A stretch of 64,000 bases of DNA, from assembly GCA_013265495.1 (NCBI GenBank), contig MU058781.1:186001-250000 (forward strand). The letters are read 5' to 3'. Every line of letters starts with the position of its first letter. Within the stretch, counting starts at the first letter, position 1. Position numbers and translations under genes: made by a program. This stretch comes from Vicugna vicugna (taxonomy: Eukaryota). This document shows, piece after piece, positions 63,866 through 64,000 of the stretch. Below the pieces are notes generated by a model, which did no database searches, was not told where the DNA came from, and saw only the letters and a list, made by a program, of their open reading frames with translations.

Positions 63866-64000
63866 CTTGAAGCCTTATCTTCCATATGTATTTTGACCAT
63901 TGATAAGCAAGGGGCCTCACCTTTGTTTATCCCAGCACTGTCTGTAATTACAACATCAGTTTGTCTTGTTATTAGTTATTCATGACTGAGATTGATGGGG

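Noticed and set aside
1..64000. CRISPR array, NUMT, non-retroviral endogenous virus or bacterial insert
   Set aside because: No repeat-spacer structure, no mitochondrial-like or long-ORF segment, and no sustained compositional shift seen.

Overview
AT-rich mammalian non-coding DNA, either a large intron or intergenic. I could not identify any protein-coding exon, RNA gene, CRISPR array or prokaryotic feature. The listed ORFs are chance ORFs or decayed transposon frames. Much of the window is recognisable interspersed repeat: old and younger LINE-1 fragments, L2, L3/CR1, MIR, MaLR/ERVL solo LTRs, and Tigger and hAT DNA transposon relics, several of them nested. The young L1 3' ends are of cetartiodactyl type. 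No ruminant, pig or cetacean SINEs were seen, which best fits a camelid (inference). The best-supported unusual items are an exact 480-bp tandem duplication (3135-4095), a short interstitial telomeric array with CTAGGG variants at the edge of an L2 relic (52208-52273), a miniature twin-primed L1 insertion with a target-site duplication (TSD, 4734-4936), a tail-less L1 (47551-48137), a POU/SOX motif cluster (34241-34635) and a few short exon candidates. I found no convincing new biological system. Repeat subfamily names come from recalled consensus sequences, and repeat boundaries are approximate unless stated otherwise.
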